This document shows positions 17,958 through 26,215 of a DNA stretch of 64,000 nucleotides, one piece after another (position 1 is the first letter of the stretch; each line of letters starts with the position of its first letter). A program made the translations under genes and the position numbers. A model generated the notes under the pieces. That model was not told where the DNA came from. It did no database searches and saw only the letters and a program-made list of their open reading frames with translations. The DNA lies in the NCBI GenBank assembly GCA_049523135.1, contig JBEKNE010000001.1:651234-715233 (forward strand). Reading direction: 5' to 3'. Source of the DNA: Candidatus Microgenomates bacterium. Lineage in GTDB: Bacteria; Patescibacteriota; Microgenomatia; UBA8517.

Positions 17958-19070
17958 TCATTTACTCAGGGAATTTAAGAAACCGTTAATTCCGCCAAAT
18001 GTAATCAGTCTTCGAACGTCCCCAAATGTAATAACCAGAAGAAGGGCGAGAAGAATCAACATACCGATGTTGTTTATAGTTGCTTCAACTTTTGTTGAAA
18101 TTCTTTTTTTGGTTACTGCCTCAATTCCGATAAAAAGAAGTCGCCCCCCGTCGAGTGCCGGAAAAGGAACAATATTAAGTACCGCAAGGTTAACGGAAAG
18201 AATTCCGATAAAATTAATTAAGGTCAGAATTCCGGCTCTCTGGGCTTCGGTTGTTACCGCAAAAATTCCGACAGGTCCGGAAACTCCTTGTGGAGTTTGT
18301 CCGTTAAATATTTGAACCGCCAAACCCCAAAGACCCAAAACTATCGTTTCTCCCCAATAAATCGCATCTTTAAATCCGTAATATACTCCATAAAAAGGTC
18401 TTTCCCAAATCGGCGGATAATAAATCTCCATCGTGGTTATGGTTACCCCGATCGGACCCTCGCCGGTAGGAGGATTTTCCCTCGGGGTTAAATTGATTTT
18501 TAAAGTCGATTCCTTCCCATCAACTGTTCTTTGAATTTCAAAAGTTGTAACCTTTCCTTTTAACGCTGCAGTTTTACTTATAAAATCATCGGATGACGTA
18601 ATAGCATTATTTCCTACTTTGGTTATAATATCTCCATCAATTATCCCTGCAGTTTCAGCCGGGGAACCTGCCGAAACATCGACTACCTGAAGCTTACCCG
18701 TATCGCGCGGAATTCCCGAAAAAGAATAAACAATAGCAAAAGCTACTATTGCCAGCAAAAAATTCATTATTACTCCGGCAATTACAACGAGAGCTCGCGT
18801 TCTTTTATTTTTATGTAAAAAGGATCGTGCCGGATCAGTAACACCCTCCTCGCTTTGTTCACCATAAAGCTTATTAAATCCGCCGAAAGGAAGCCAATTA
18901 ATGGAATAAATTGTTTCCCCTATTTTTTTGCCCCAAATGCGGGGAGGAAGCCCCAAACCGAATTCTTCGACCATAATCCCCGACTTTTTGGCAACTATAA
19001 AATGTCCTAATTCATGAACCAAAATCAAAAGAGAAAGAACTAGAAGAAAGACAATTATTGAAAGTATCAT
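17958..19070 (-). CDS. rseP: RseP-family M50 intramembrane metalloprotease with PDZ domain
   Basis: HELGH, GSPAETAG PDZ, NIVPFPALDGG. Confidence 0.93.
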   Translation of the reverse strand: MILSIIVFLLVLSLLILVHELGHFIVAKKSGIMVEEFGLGLPPRIWGKKIGETIYSINWLPFGGFNKLYGEQSEEGVTDPARSFLHKNKRTRALVVIAGVIMNFLLAIVAFAIVYSFSGIPRDTGKLQVVDVSAGSPAETAGIIDGDIITKVGNNAITSSDDFISKTAALKGKVTTFEIQRTVDGKESTLKINLTPRENPPTGEGPIGVTITTMEIYYPPIWERPFYGVYYGFKDAIYWGETIVLGLWGLAVQIFNGQTPQGVSGPVGIFAVTTEAQRAGILTLINFIGILSVNLAVLNIVPFPALDGGRLLFIGIEAVTKKRISTKVEATINNIGMLILLALLLVITFGDVRRLITFGGINGFLNSLSK

Positions 19071-19112
19071 TATTCCTAATAGTATGAAGCAAGAAGTATA
19101 TCGAAAGCAAGA

Positions 19113-19667
19113 TTAAATTTGAAGAAGTTCCACTTTTTTCTTCTCACCCATCGCATCAATTTTTCCGACAAACTCATCGGTTATTTCCTGAAGTTTTTTC
19201 TCTTCGGCATACTTCTCATCCTCCGTAATAGATTTTTCTTCAAATTTTTTCTTAATCTCATGCATTTCATCGGCCCGAACTTGCCTAATGGCTATCTTGC
19301 CGTTTTCCAGTTTCTGATTTAAAAGTTTTACATACTTTTCCCTATCTTCTGTTGTCAAAGGCGGCATTGTGATCCGAATAAACTCTCCATCAATTGACGG
19401 ATTCATACCGATATTTGCCTCAACTATTCCTTTTCTGATATCCCCGATTATGCTTTTATCCCAAGGGTTAATAATAATTTGTGAAGGGTCCGGAGCGGAA
19501 ATTGTTGCGAGTTCCATTACTTTCAATCTTTGGGTTCCGCCATAAGCAGGACAGATAATATTTTCGACCAAAGACGGAGTTGCCCGACCGGTTCTGATTC
19601 CAGCAATATCTGAAGTAAAAACGCCCGCACTGGACTGCATTTTGGATCTCACTGAAGCTTCATCCAT
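19113..19667 (-). CDS. frr: Ribosome recycling factor
   Basis: IRTGRATPSLVE, PPLTTEDRE. Confidence 0.96.
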   Translation of the reverse strand: MDEASVRSKMQSSAGVFTSDIAGIRTGRATPSLVENIICPAYGGTQRLKVMELATISAPDPSQIIINPWDKSIIGDIRKGIVEANIGMNPSIDGEFIRITMPPLTTEDREKYVKLLNQKLENGKIAIRQVRADEMHEIKKKFEEKSITEDEKYAEEKKLQEITDEFVGKIDAMGEKKKVELLQI

Positions 19668-20121
19668 TCTTCTTTCCCAATTCTACACGAAAAACTCTGC
19701 CAATGCGAACATTTTCTCCTGTTTTTGCAATAACTTCTTTTACCAGATCTTCAATCTTTTTACCGGGATCTTTTATAAATTCCTGTTCCGTTAACTTTTC
19801 ATCCCCCATTGAAGCAACTTGCATTGCCAAATCGCGGCCCAGAGTTTCAAAGAGCTCATTTCTGGCAACAAAGTCCGTTTCACAAAGCAGTTCGACTACG
19901 CTCACTATTTTTCCGGTATGATGCGCATAAGTAAATATTTTGCCCTCGGAAGTTTCTCTTCCCTCACGTTTTGCGGCTTTTTCGGCTCCCTCTTTTTTAA
20001 GAATTTCGAGAGCTTTCTTTTCGTCTCCTCCAACTTCCTCCAAAACCTCACGGATTCTTATAATAGCAACGCCCGTTTGTTCGCGAAGTTTTTTAATAAG
20101 GGTTATATCAATTTTTGTCAT
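19660..20121 (-). CDS. tsf: Elongation factor Ts (short form)
   Basis: IKKLREQTG, ELLCETDFVARN; ATG 20121. Confidence 0.95.
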   Translation of the reverse strand: MTKIDITLIKKLREQTGVAIIRIREVLEEVGGDEKKALEILKKEGAEKAAKREGRETSEGKIFTYAHHTGKIVSVVELLCETDFVARNELFETLGRDLAMQVASMGDEKLTEQEFIKDPGKKIEDLVKEVIAKTGENVRIGRVFRVELGKKNG

Positions 20122-20803
20122 GTTTATTGCCTTCTGCAATCGCCTCACCAACTAAGTTTAGTATATATTCCAAAGCTTTGCTGGCATCGTCATTCATAGG
20201 AATCGGGTAATCGATTGGGTCCGGATCCGAATTGCTGTCAACTATTCCCACAACAGAAACTTTACCCACATTTGCTTCATGAACCGCACCGGATTCCCTT
20301 TTCGTGTCGATTACAAAAAGAACATCAGGAACTTTAGTTAAAGTTTTAATTCCGCCAAAAAATCGCCCCAGACGGGCAATTTCCCGGTCAATCAGAAGTC
20401 TTTCTTTTTTGGTGTATTTATTATAAACGCCTGTCGTCATATTTTCCTTCATTTCCTCCATTTTTTTGATGGATCTTTTTATCTGCTCAAAATTGGAGAT
20501 AGTGCCCCCTAGCCATCTTTCGTTAACATAAGGGACACCAACCTTTTCGGCAACCTCGGCAACTTTATCTTTAATCTGTTTCTTGGTTCCCAAAATTAGT
20601 ACGGTTTTACCTTCTTTGACGGATTTTGTAATAAACACCAGAGCTTCCTCAATTAAAGGCTTGGTTTTGGTTAAATCAAAAATGTGAACGCCACCTTCCT
20701 GCCCATAGAGATATTCCTCCATTTTAGGATTCCAGCGCTTGGTTTGGTGACCAAAGTGAGCTCCCGTATCCATTAATTCTTCAAGTGAAACTTTAATAGC
20801 CAT
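20108..20803 (-). CDS. rpsB: 30S ribosomal protein S2
   Basis: GAHFGHQTKRWNPKM, RWLGGTISNF, PIPMNDDA. Confidence 0.98.
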   Translation of the reverse strand: MAIKVSLEELMDTGAHFGHQTKRWNPKMEEYLYGQEGGVHIFDLTKTKPLIEEALVFITKSVKEGKTVLILGTKKQIKDKVAEVAEKVGVPYVNERWLGGTISNFEQIKRSIKKMEEMKENMTTGVYNKYTKKERLLIDREIARLGRFFGGIKTLTKVPDVLFVIDTKRESGAVHEANVGKVSVVGIVDSNSDPDPIDYPIPMNDDASKALEYILNLVGEAIAEGNKHDKN

Positions 20804-20811
20804 TATATTTT

Positions 20812-20869
20812 TGTTTCCTTAATCCGCCGCAGGTTGGAAGTAATCCAGGAAACATAACCTGCGTGTGTA
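20812..20869 (-). promoter_or_regulatory. S2 ribosomal protein leader (autoregulatory RNA)
   Basis: Minus strand ACACACGCAGGTTATGTTTCCTGG...CCAACCTGCGGCGG...AGGAAAC: CGCAGGTT/AACCTGCG stem plus a GTTTCCT/AGGAAAC pseudoknot; TATAAT at 20875-20880. Confidence 0.7.
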
Positions 20870-20886
20870 GGGGTATTATATAGGGT

Positions 20887-21390
20887 TTAGCCTAAAGCTG
20901 CAAGAGACTTTTTGTTTATCTCAATATTCTCTTCGGCAGATTCGAAGGCTGCATTGGCCAAATATTCCGCGCTCATCGCATCCGAGTGGGCATTTTTATT
21001 CCCGATTTTGGATACCTCCATGGCCATTTCCCCTATCTCCTTAGCCAAGGTTGATACTTTTTGTGGAATTTCAATTGCCCAATACAAAGCCGCCTTAATC
21101 TTAGATTTATCTTCGGACTTATACGATTCCATAACTTTTTGAAAAGCTTCACTATCGGCATCCGCCAAATCCAGCAATTCAATTCTTACCTCCTGCATTC
21201 TTGTGGAAATTTCCTTAACTCTGCCCTGAACTTCGGGATAAGATTTTCTCCCGATAGTCAAATTGCAGACCATCTCAACCAAAGCCGCAGACAAAGATGC
21301 CGTCACTGCCGCAACAGCTCCTCCGCCGGGAGTCGGTTTAACGCCCCCAACATCTTTCAGAAAATCTTCAATTGTTTGTTTTTTAATCAT
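20887..21390 (-). CDS. Formiminotetrahydrofolate cyclodeaminase (FTCD_C family)
   Basis: PTPGGGAVAA, LVEMVCNLTIG, DADSEAF, GNKNAHSDA, NIEIN. Confidence 0.92.
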   Translation of the reverse strand: MIKKQTIEDFLKDVGGVKPTPGGGAVAAVTASLSAALVEMVCNLTIGRKSYPEVQGRVKEISTRMQEVRIELLDLADADSEAFQKVMESYKSEDKSKIKAALYWAIEIPQKVSTLAKEIGEMAMEVSKIGNKNAHSDAMSAEYLANAAFESAEENIEINKKSLAALG

Positions 21391-21392
21391 AT

Positions 21393-22271
21393 CTATTCGA
21401 ACAGTTTCTTTTCCAAAACCTGTTCCGATTTAAAGCCTTCAGCTTTGAAAGTAGTTTTAACTGCCTTCACTAAAGATTCGAGAGGTATCATACCATAAAT
21501 TTCCGAACTTTCTACTCCAACGTTCAATTTTCCGGCTTCAGATTCAACCGCGCGGTAGGCCTCATCAAAATTTGTTTTTTCAAAATCTACCAAATTCATA
21601 GAAACCTGGGCAAATCCCCCAACATTAAATCCAAGCGCTTTAACTCCGGTTAATCCCCCGTTTTTCTCGCGAATTTTCCCGGCAATATCTTTAGCGACCT
21701 GTATATCTTTTGTATCAAGATTTACATTAAAAGCTACTAAATACTTTCTGGCTCCAATGACAACTGCTCCTGCGGTCGGATGAATTTCGGAAGGACCGTA
21801 ATCGGGAGTTTTCATCTTTTTCCTAAATCCTTCAAACTCCCCAACTCGGATATCAGCCAAGTTCCTATTTTCTGGTTTTTTCGCCGACTCTTCATACATA
21901 AAAACGGGGATTTTAAGTTCGTCGGCAACTTTTTTGGCAAGTTTATTTGAAAGCTCTACACATTCCTCCATTGAAATTCCTGAAACGGGAACAAACGGCA
22001 CAACATCCGTAGCCCCAATTCTTGGATGTTCTCCTTTATGTTTGCTCATATCAATAAGCTCAGTAGCTTTCTTTATAGACTCAAATACTGAAGCCAAAAC
22101 ACTCTCCGGCTCTCCAACTATAGTGAAAAGCATACGGTTATGATCGGGGTTACTCTCAAGTTCAAAAACCCTAACGAACTTTATGGATTTTGCAGCATCA
22201 AAAATTGCATTAATAACTTTGGAGTTCTTGCCCTCACTGAAGTTTGGTACGCACTCAACAATTTTGTCCAT
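21393..22271 (-). CDS. ftcD: Glutamate formiminotransferase
   Basis: IVECVPNFSEG, DHNR, HKGEHPRIGATDVVPFVP, QVSMNL. Confidence 0.95.
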   Translation of the reverse strand: MDKIVECVPNFSEGKNSKVINAIFDAAKSIKFVRVFELESNPDHNRMLFTIVGEPESVLASVFESIKKATELIDMSKHKGEHPRIGATDVVPFVPVSGISMEECVELSNKLAKKVADELKIPVFMYEESAKKPENRNLADIRVGEFEGFRKKMKTPDYGPSEIHPTAGAVVIGARKYLVAFNVNLDTKDIQVAKDIAGKIREKNGGLTGVKALGFNVGGFAQVSMNLVDFEKTNFDEAYRAVESEAGKLNVGVESSEIYGMIPLESLVKAVKTTFKAEGFKSEQVLEKKLFE

Positions 22272-22285
22272 TTGGACTTATTATA

Positions 22286-22987
22286 TCAAAGAAGTCTCTT
22301 TTCTATTACTTTCCTTATCCTCTCCTGAATAAGTATAGTATCGCCACCGATGTCGCCCGTTGTCACACAGGGAATTGACATCCACCAGCCGCTATTGTCC
22401 TTGACTGTCCTCAAATACTCTCTATAAGAGTTTAGTTGGTGACTAAAGTCCCTCTCTGCAATATCTCTCTTTTTGCCTTTGATATAAGCCCTGTCATTCT
22501 TTGTTTTGTTCAGCTTACTGGAATCCACAGGGGATCTATCCAAAAATAAAACCAGGTCGGGCTTTAAAAGTCCAAGTTCATCCCAACCCATTTTCCAAAT
22601 CCATTTTCTAAAATCACTTTTGGCCCGAGTTTTTAACTTGGCTATCTGATGAACATTAGAGGTAAAATAGCGATCCGAAAGTACCCATCCTCCATTCTCT
22701 ATCCATTTTCTACCAATATCTCTACTCCATGTATATTGGTCAAGCATATAAGTCAGAGTAGCTAAATAAGGACTAACATCCTTCAGTTCTCCAAATTTAC
22801 CAGAAAGGAACTCTCCGACAAGTTTTCCCCATTCGGAGGAATAATATCTGGGGAAGGCAGTTACAAGCAGCTTATCATTGCCAATTTTCTCTTTTAAAAA
22901 ATCTTCAAGCAGTCTGACCTGAGTGGCCTTTCCGCTTCCGTCAACTCCTTCAATAACAATAAACTTCCCTCGTTGTTTCATTATCAT
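22286..22987 (-). CDS. tmk: Thymidylate kinase
   Basis: FIVIEGVDGSGKATQ, FPRY, LSDRY, KPDLVLFLD. Confidence 0.9.
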   Translation of the reverse strand: MIMKQRGKFIVIEGVDGSGKATQVRLLEDFLKEKIGNDKLLVTAFPRYYSSEWGKLVGEFLSGKFGELKDVSPYLATLTYMLDQYTWSRDIGRKWIENGGWVLSDRYFTSNVHQIAKLKTRAKSDFRKWIWKMGWDELGLLKPDLVLFLDRSPVDSSKLNKTKNDRAYIKGKKRDIAERDFSHQLNSYREYLRTVKDNSGWWMSIPCVTTGDIGGDTILIQERIRKVIEKRLL

Positions 22988-23760
22988 AATCTTAACCTTA
23001 ATGACTCACCTGATAAACCGTGGAAAACATCAACACCTCCAGAGTTTTGCCCGACCGGTATTGCCGGTAAAACAAATCTGTTATCTTGTTTAAACTTTAA
23101 TAAAATATATGTTTCAATTCTGTTGGCCAAACTTTCAACACTTGAGGTCTCATTCCCGCATGAAGTATATGCAAATAATTTAAATGTATTGTTATCTTTT
23201 TCTTGCCTCCACTCTTCAACCGACTCCGAAAGTTTTTCCAAATATTCCGGATAATTTTTCAAAATCCAAAGTTCATATGCTCTTCCCCTCTCTACAATCC
23301 TTCGTTTTAGATCATCTTGACTGGCAGAAACAACTACATGCATGTCAGGATATACCAAGTGCTTTGCTTCCGCTAAAGCAAAAAATGCAGTGTTATATAA
23401 ATTCCACTCCTTATCATTCATCCAACCCATTTTGTGATGCGTTTGCGCATATATAAAATCCATTGTTAATGAAGGGTCAATTATTGTTGTTGTCTCATTT
23501 ATGTCTAATTTTTCAAGCTGTTCCATCTTGGATAACATAAAATGGAATTGACATCTGAAACTGTATTCATAAGGGCTTGCATAAAACTTGGCAAGATACG
23601 GATTTTCCGTATATTTTTCTTCTATGGGGGTTACGCTCCATCTTCTTCCAAGCTCTCCGGAAAGGGTTGTTTTTCCGCTGGCAAGACAACCGACAAAACC
23701 AATAACAAGCGGTCTTTTTATAAGTGTTTCTTTTCCTCCTAAATTTTCCTTCATACTCAC
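22984..23760 (-). CDS. Deoxynucleoside kinase (dNK family)
   Basis: GCLASGKTT, NPYLAKFY, QFHF, RIVERGRAYE. Confidence 0.88.
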   Translation of the reverse strand: MSMKENLGGKETLIKRPLVIGFVGCLASGKTTLSGELGRRWSVTPIEEKYTENPYLAKFYASPYEYSFRCQFHFMLSKMEQLEKLDINETTTIIDPSLTMDFIYAQTHHKMGWMNDKEWNLYNTAFFALAEAKHLVYPDMHVVVSASQDDLKRRIVERGRAYELWILKNYPEYLEKLSESVEEWRQEKDNNTFKLFAYTSCGNETSSVESLANRIETYILLKFKQDNRFVLPAIPVGQNSGGVDVFHGLSGESLRLRL

Positions 23761-24719
23761 TTCTTTATTAATCCCAATTTCTCAAACTTTTCCAGCATCT
23801 CTTCTTTTTCCCTTTTATTTGTCATTCCGGTACTGCCGGCACTATTCAAAATTTCATCTTTTGAAAAACTAATATTATTTTCTTTCATAACTTGCGCCAT
23901 AACCTGCTGCTCGGGTCTTGATAATTTCGTTGCATAAAGTTCATAGTCCTCAAAAGCTTCCCACGCAAGAGGTACCGCGTCTTTTAAAATACCCGACATC
24001 GCTTCCGCGTAAACTCTAATTTCATATTGCGCGTGCGGATCCGCCCGTAAATGCAGAAAGTGAAATAAATTGTGAAGATCTGTCTTCCAATACCACTGTG
24101 TATAAAAATTTAAAGAAAGATCCATCCGCGACAGTTCTCTTGCAAACATATCCCGTTCAGGGTCCTTTGGTTTTCCCATCCCGTCATCATTAAGCATAAA
24201 TTCGTAATGCTCGTAATTCCGAGCTGCATCCTCAATCAGAAGTTTTTTTATGGCTTCCGCCTGTTCTTTGCTAACGGATTCGTCTCTTCCTTGACGATTG
24301 CTTTTGGACTGGATTCCCATGACTTCGGGTTCAGGAATATAAAATTCTTTATCCAAAATTGAAAACCTCGCAGAATATTCATTAATACTGGCGGTTCTAT
24401 GTCTCACCCACTGGCGGGCAACAAAAATCGGCATTTTTGCATGAAACTTAAATTCATCCATTTCAAAGGGTGTCGTATGTTCATGACGATATAAGTATCT
24501 GATAAGTCCGCGCGTTTCATTTATGCTTCTTGTTCCTGTTCCGTACGAAACACGGGCAGCCTCCTCGATGGCTTTATCGTTCCCCATGTAATCAACCAAA
24601 TACACAAAGCCGTGATCAAGAACCGGAATAACTTCTCCCAAGCGTTTTTCGGCACCGGGGCTTATCGGTCTTTTGGTTTCACTAAGCGGAAAGTTGAGGA
24701 TTTGTCTTTCGGCGGTCAT
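23757..24719 (-). CDS. thyX: FAD-dependent thymidylate synthase
   Basis: AARVSY, HTTPFE, RHRTASINEYSAR (RHRx7S), HAQYEIR. Confidence 0.97.
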   Translation of the reverse strand: MTAERQILNFPLSETKRPISPGAEKRLGEVIPVLDHGFVYLVDYMGNDKAIEEAARVSYGTGTRSINETRGLIRYLYRHEHTTPFEMDEFKFHAKMPIFVARQWVRHRTASINEYSARFSILDKEFYIPEPEVMGIQSKSNRQGRDESVSKEQAEAIKKLLIEDAARNYEHYEFMLNDDGMGKPKDPERDMFARELSRMDLSLNFYTQWYWKTDLHNLFHFLHLRADPHAQYEIRVYAEAMSGILKDAVPLAWEAFEDYELYATKLSRPEQQVMAQVMKENNISFSKDEILNSAGSTGMTNKREKEEMLEKFEKLGLIKK

Positions 24720-24804
24720 ATGTTTATCAAAGATATTTAGCAGTTAGGTAAGGGGCATGTCAATATGTAAACAGTCGAAGAAAAGGCTCTATAGTTAGTA
24801 ATCA

Positions 24805-25143
24805 CTATCTGTTATCCCCATTTCCGTGGATAGTACCTTTTATTTTTCTTGCTGCGAGTTTCTCCAAATTCATTTTGGCAATATCTGAAAGCTTCAAATT
24901 AAGTTCTGTGGAGAGCTGGGCCAAATACCACATAACGTCTCCCAACTCTTTCGCAATTTCTAATTTATATTCCTTGGTAAGTTTTCCACCGTGATCTCTA
25001 AAAAGTTTTTTTATTTTTTCAGAAACTTCTCCGGTTTCCCCCTGTAAACCCAAAAGCGGATAAACAAACTTTTTGCCAACCTTTGGATAAACTGCCGTTT
25101 TTTTACACTGTTTTTGGTATTTATCAAAATCCGAGAATCCCAT
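24805..25143 (-). CDS. MazG-like nucleoside triphosphate pyrophosphohydrolase
   Basis: LGLQGETGEVSEKIKK, KELGDVMWY, GNGDNR; ATG 25143. Confidence 0.9.
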   Translation of the reverse strand: MGFSDFDKYQKQCKKTAVYPKVGKKFVYPLLGLQGETGEVSEKIKKLFRDHGGKLTKEYKLEIAKELGDVMWYLAQLSTELNLKLSDIAKMNLEKLAARKIKGTIHGNGDNR

Positions 25144-25179
25144 TGCAAAAGATTCTAACACATATATATTAATTACTGA

Positions 25180-25731
25180 ATGTTAATTATTGGAATTACA
25201 GGAACTCTCGGGGCAGGTAAAGGAACCATTGTTGATTATCTTACTAAGGAAAAGGGATTTGAACACTTCTCCGTATCAGAATACTTAACCGAAGAACTTA
25301 AAAAGCAAAAACGCCCTATCGACAGAGATGGGATGAGAGAGATTGCAAATGAAATAAGAGAAAAGCACGGACCCGACTACATCACAAAAGTTTTATTTGA
25401 AAAGGCAAAAAAAGAAAATGGCAACGCAGTTATTGAAAGTATCAGAAATCCTAAAGAAGTGGAGTTTATAAAAAATCACGGAGGAGTTTTGTTTGCAATC
25501 GATGCAGATCAAAAAATCCGATACGAAAGAATAAAATCACGCGGTTCTGAAAAAGATAATGTTACATTTAAAGAATTTCAACTTCAGGAGAAAAAGGAAA
25601 AAGAGTCAACCGATCCAAATGCTCAAAATTTATCAAAATGCATATTGATGTCCAACTATAAATTTGATAACAATGGCAGTGTAAAAGATCTATATGACAA
25701 AGTCGAAAAAGTCATCATCAAAATCAAATAA
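25180..25731 (+). CDS. P-loop nucleotide kinase (dephospho-CoA/NMP kinase-like)
   Basis: IIGITGTLGAGKGT, ESIRNPKEV, RYERIKSRG; overlaps the dCMP deaminase gene. Confidence 0.82.
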   Translation: MLIIGITGTLGAGKGTIVDYLTKEKGFEHFSVSEYLTEELKKQKRPIDRDGMREIANEIREKHGPDYITKVLFEKAKKENGNAVIESIRNPKEVEFIKNHGGVLFAIDADQKIRYERIKSRGSEKDNVTFKEFQLQEKKEKESTDPNAQNLSKCILMSNYKFDNNGSVKDLYDKVEKVIIKIK

Positions 25732-26215
25732 ATACAAAAGACCTTCCTGGGATGATTACTTCATGGAGGTAATGAACGCCATTGCCAAAAGGGCGACGTG
25801 CGATCGTGGCAGAGCCGGAACGGTGATTATTAGAGATAAACAAATATTGGCTACCGGATATGTCGGCTCCCCTGTTGGGTTTCCTCACTGCGATGAAGTG
25901 GGACACGACTTAAGAAAAAGTTTCAATGAAGACGGAACCGTGTCACAACACTGTATTAGAACTGTGCATTCAGAACAGAACGCCATTTGCCAGGCGGCCA
26001 AACGCGGGATTTCAATTGATGGGGCAACCGTCTATACCAGAATGACCCCATGCAGAGTTTGCGCAATGCTCCTTGTAAACTGTGGTATCAAAAGAGTTTA
26101 TTGCGAAAGAAAATATCATACAGGCAAAGAATCGGACAAGATATTTAAAAAGGCCGGAGTAAAAATCGAATATAAATATAACAAACTCCAAGAATATTCA
26201 AATCAAAAAGGTTAA
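25694..26215 (+). CDS. dCMP deaminase (ComEB-like)
   Basis: RPSWDDYFM, RATCDR, HSEQNAI, PCRVC. Confidence 0.93.
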   Translation: MTKSKKSSSKSNKYKRPSWDDYFMEVMNAIAKRATCDRGRAGTVIIRDKQILATGYVGSPVGFPHCDEVGHDLRKSFNEDGTVSQHCIRTVHSEQNAICQAAKRGISIDGATVYTRMTPCRVCAMLLVNCGIKRVYCERKYHTGKESDKIFKKAGVKIEYKYNKLQEYSNQKG

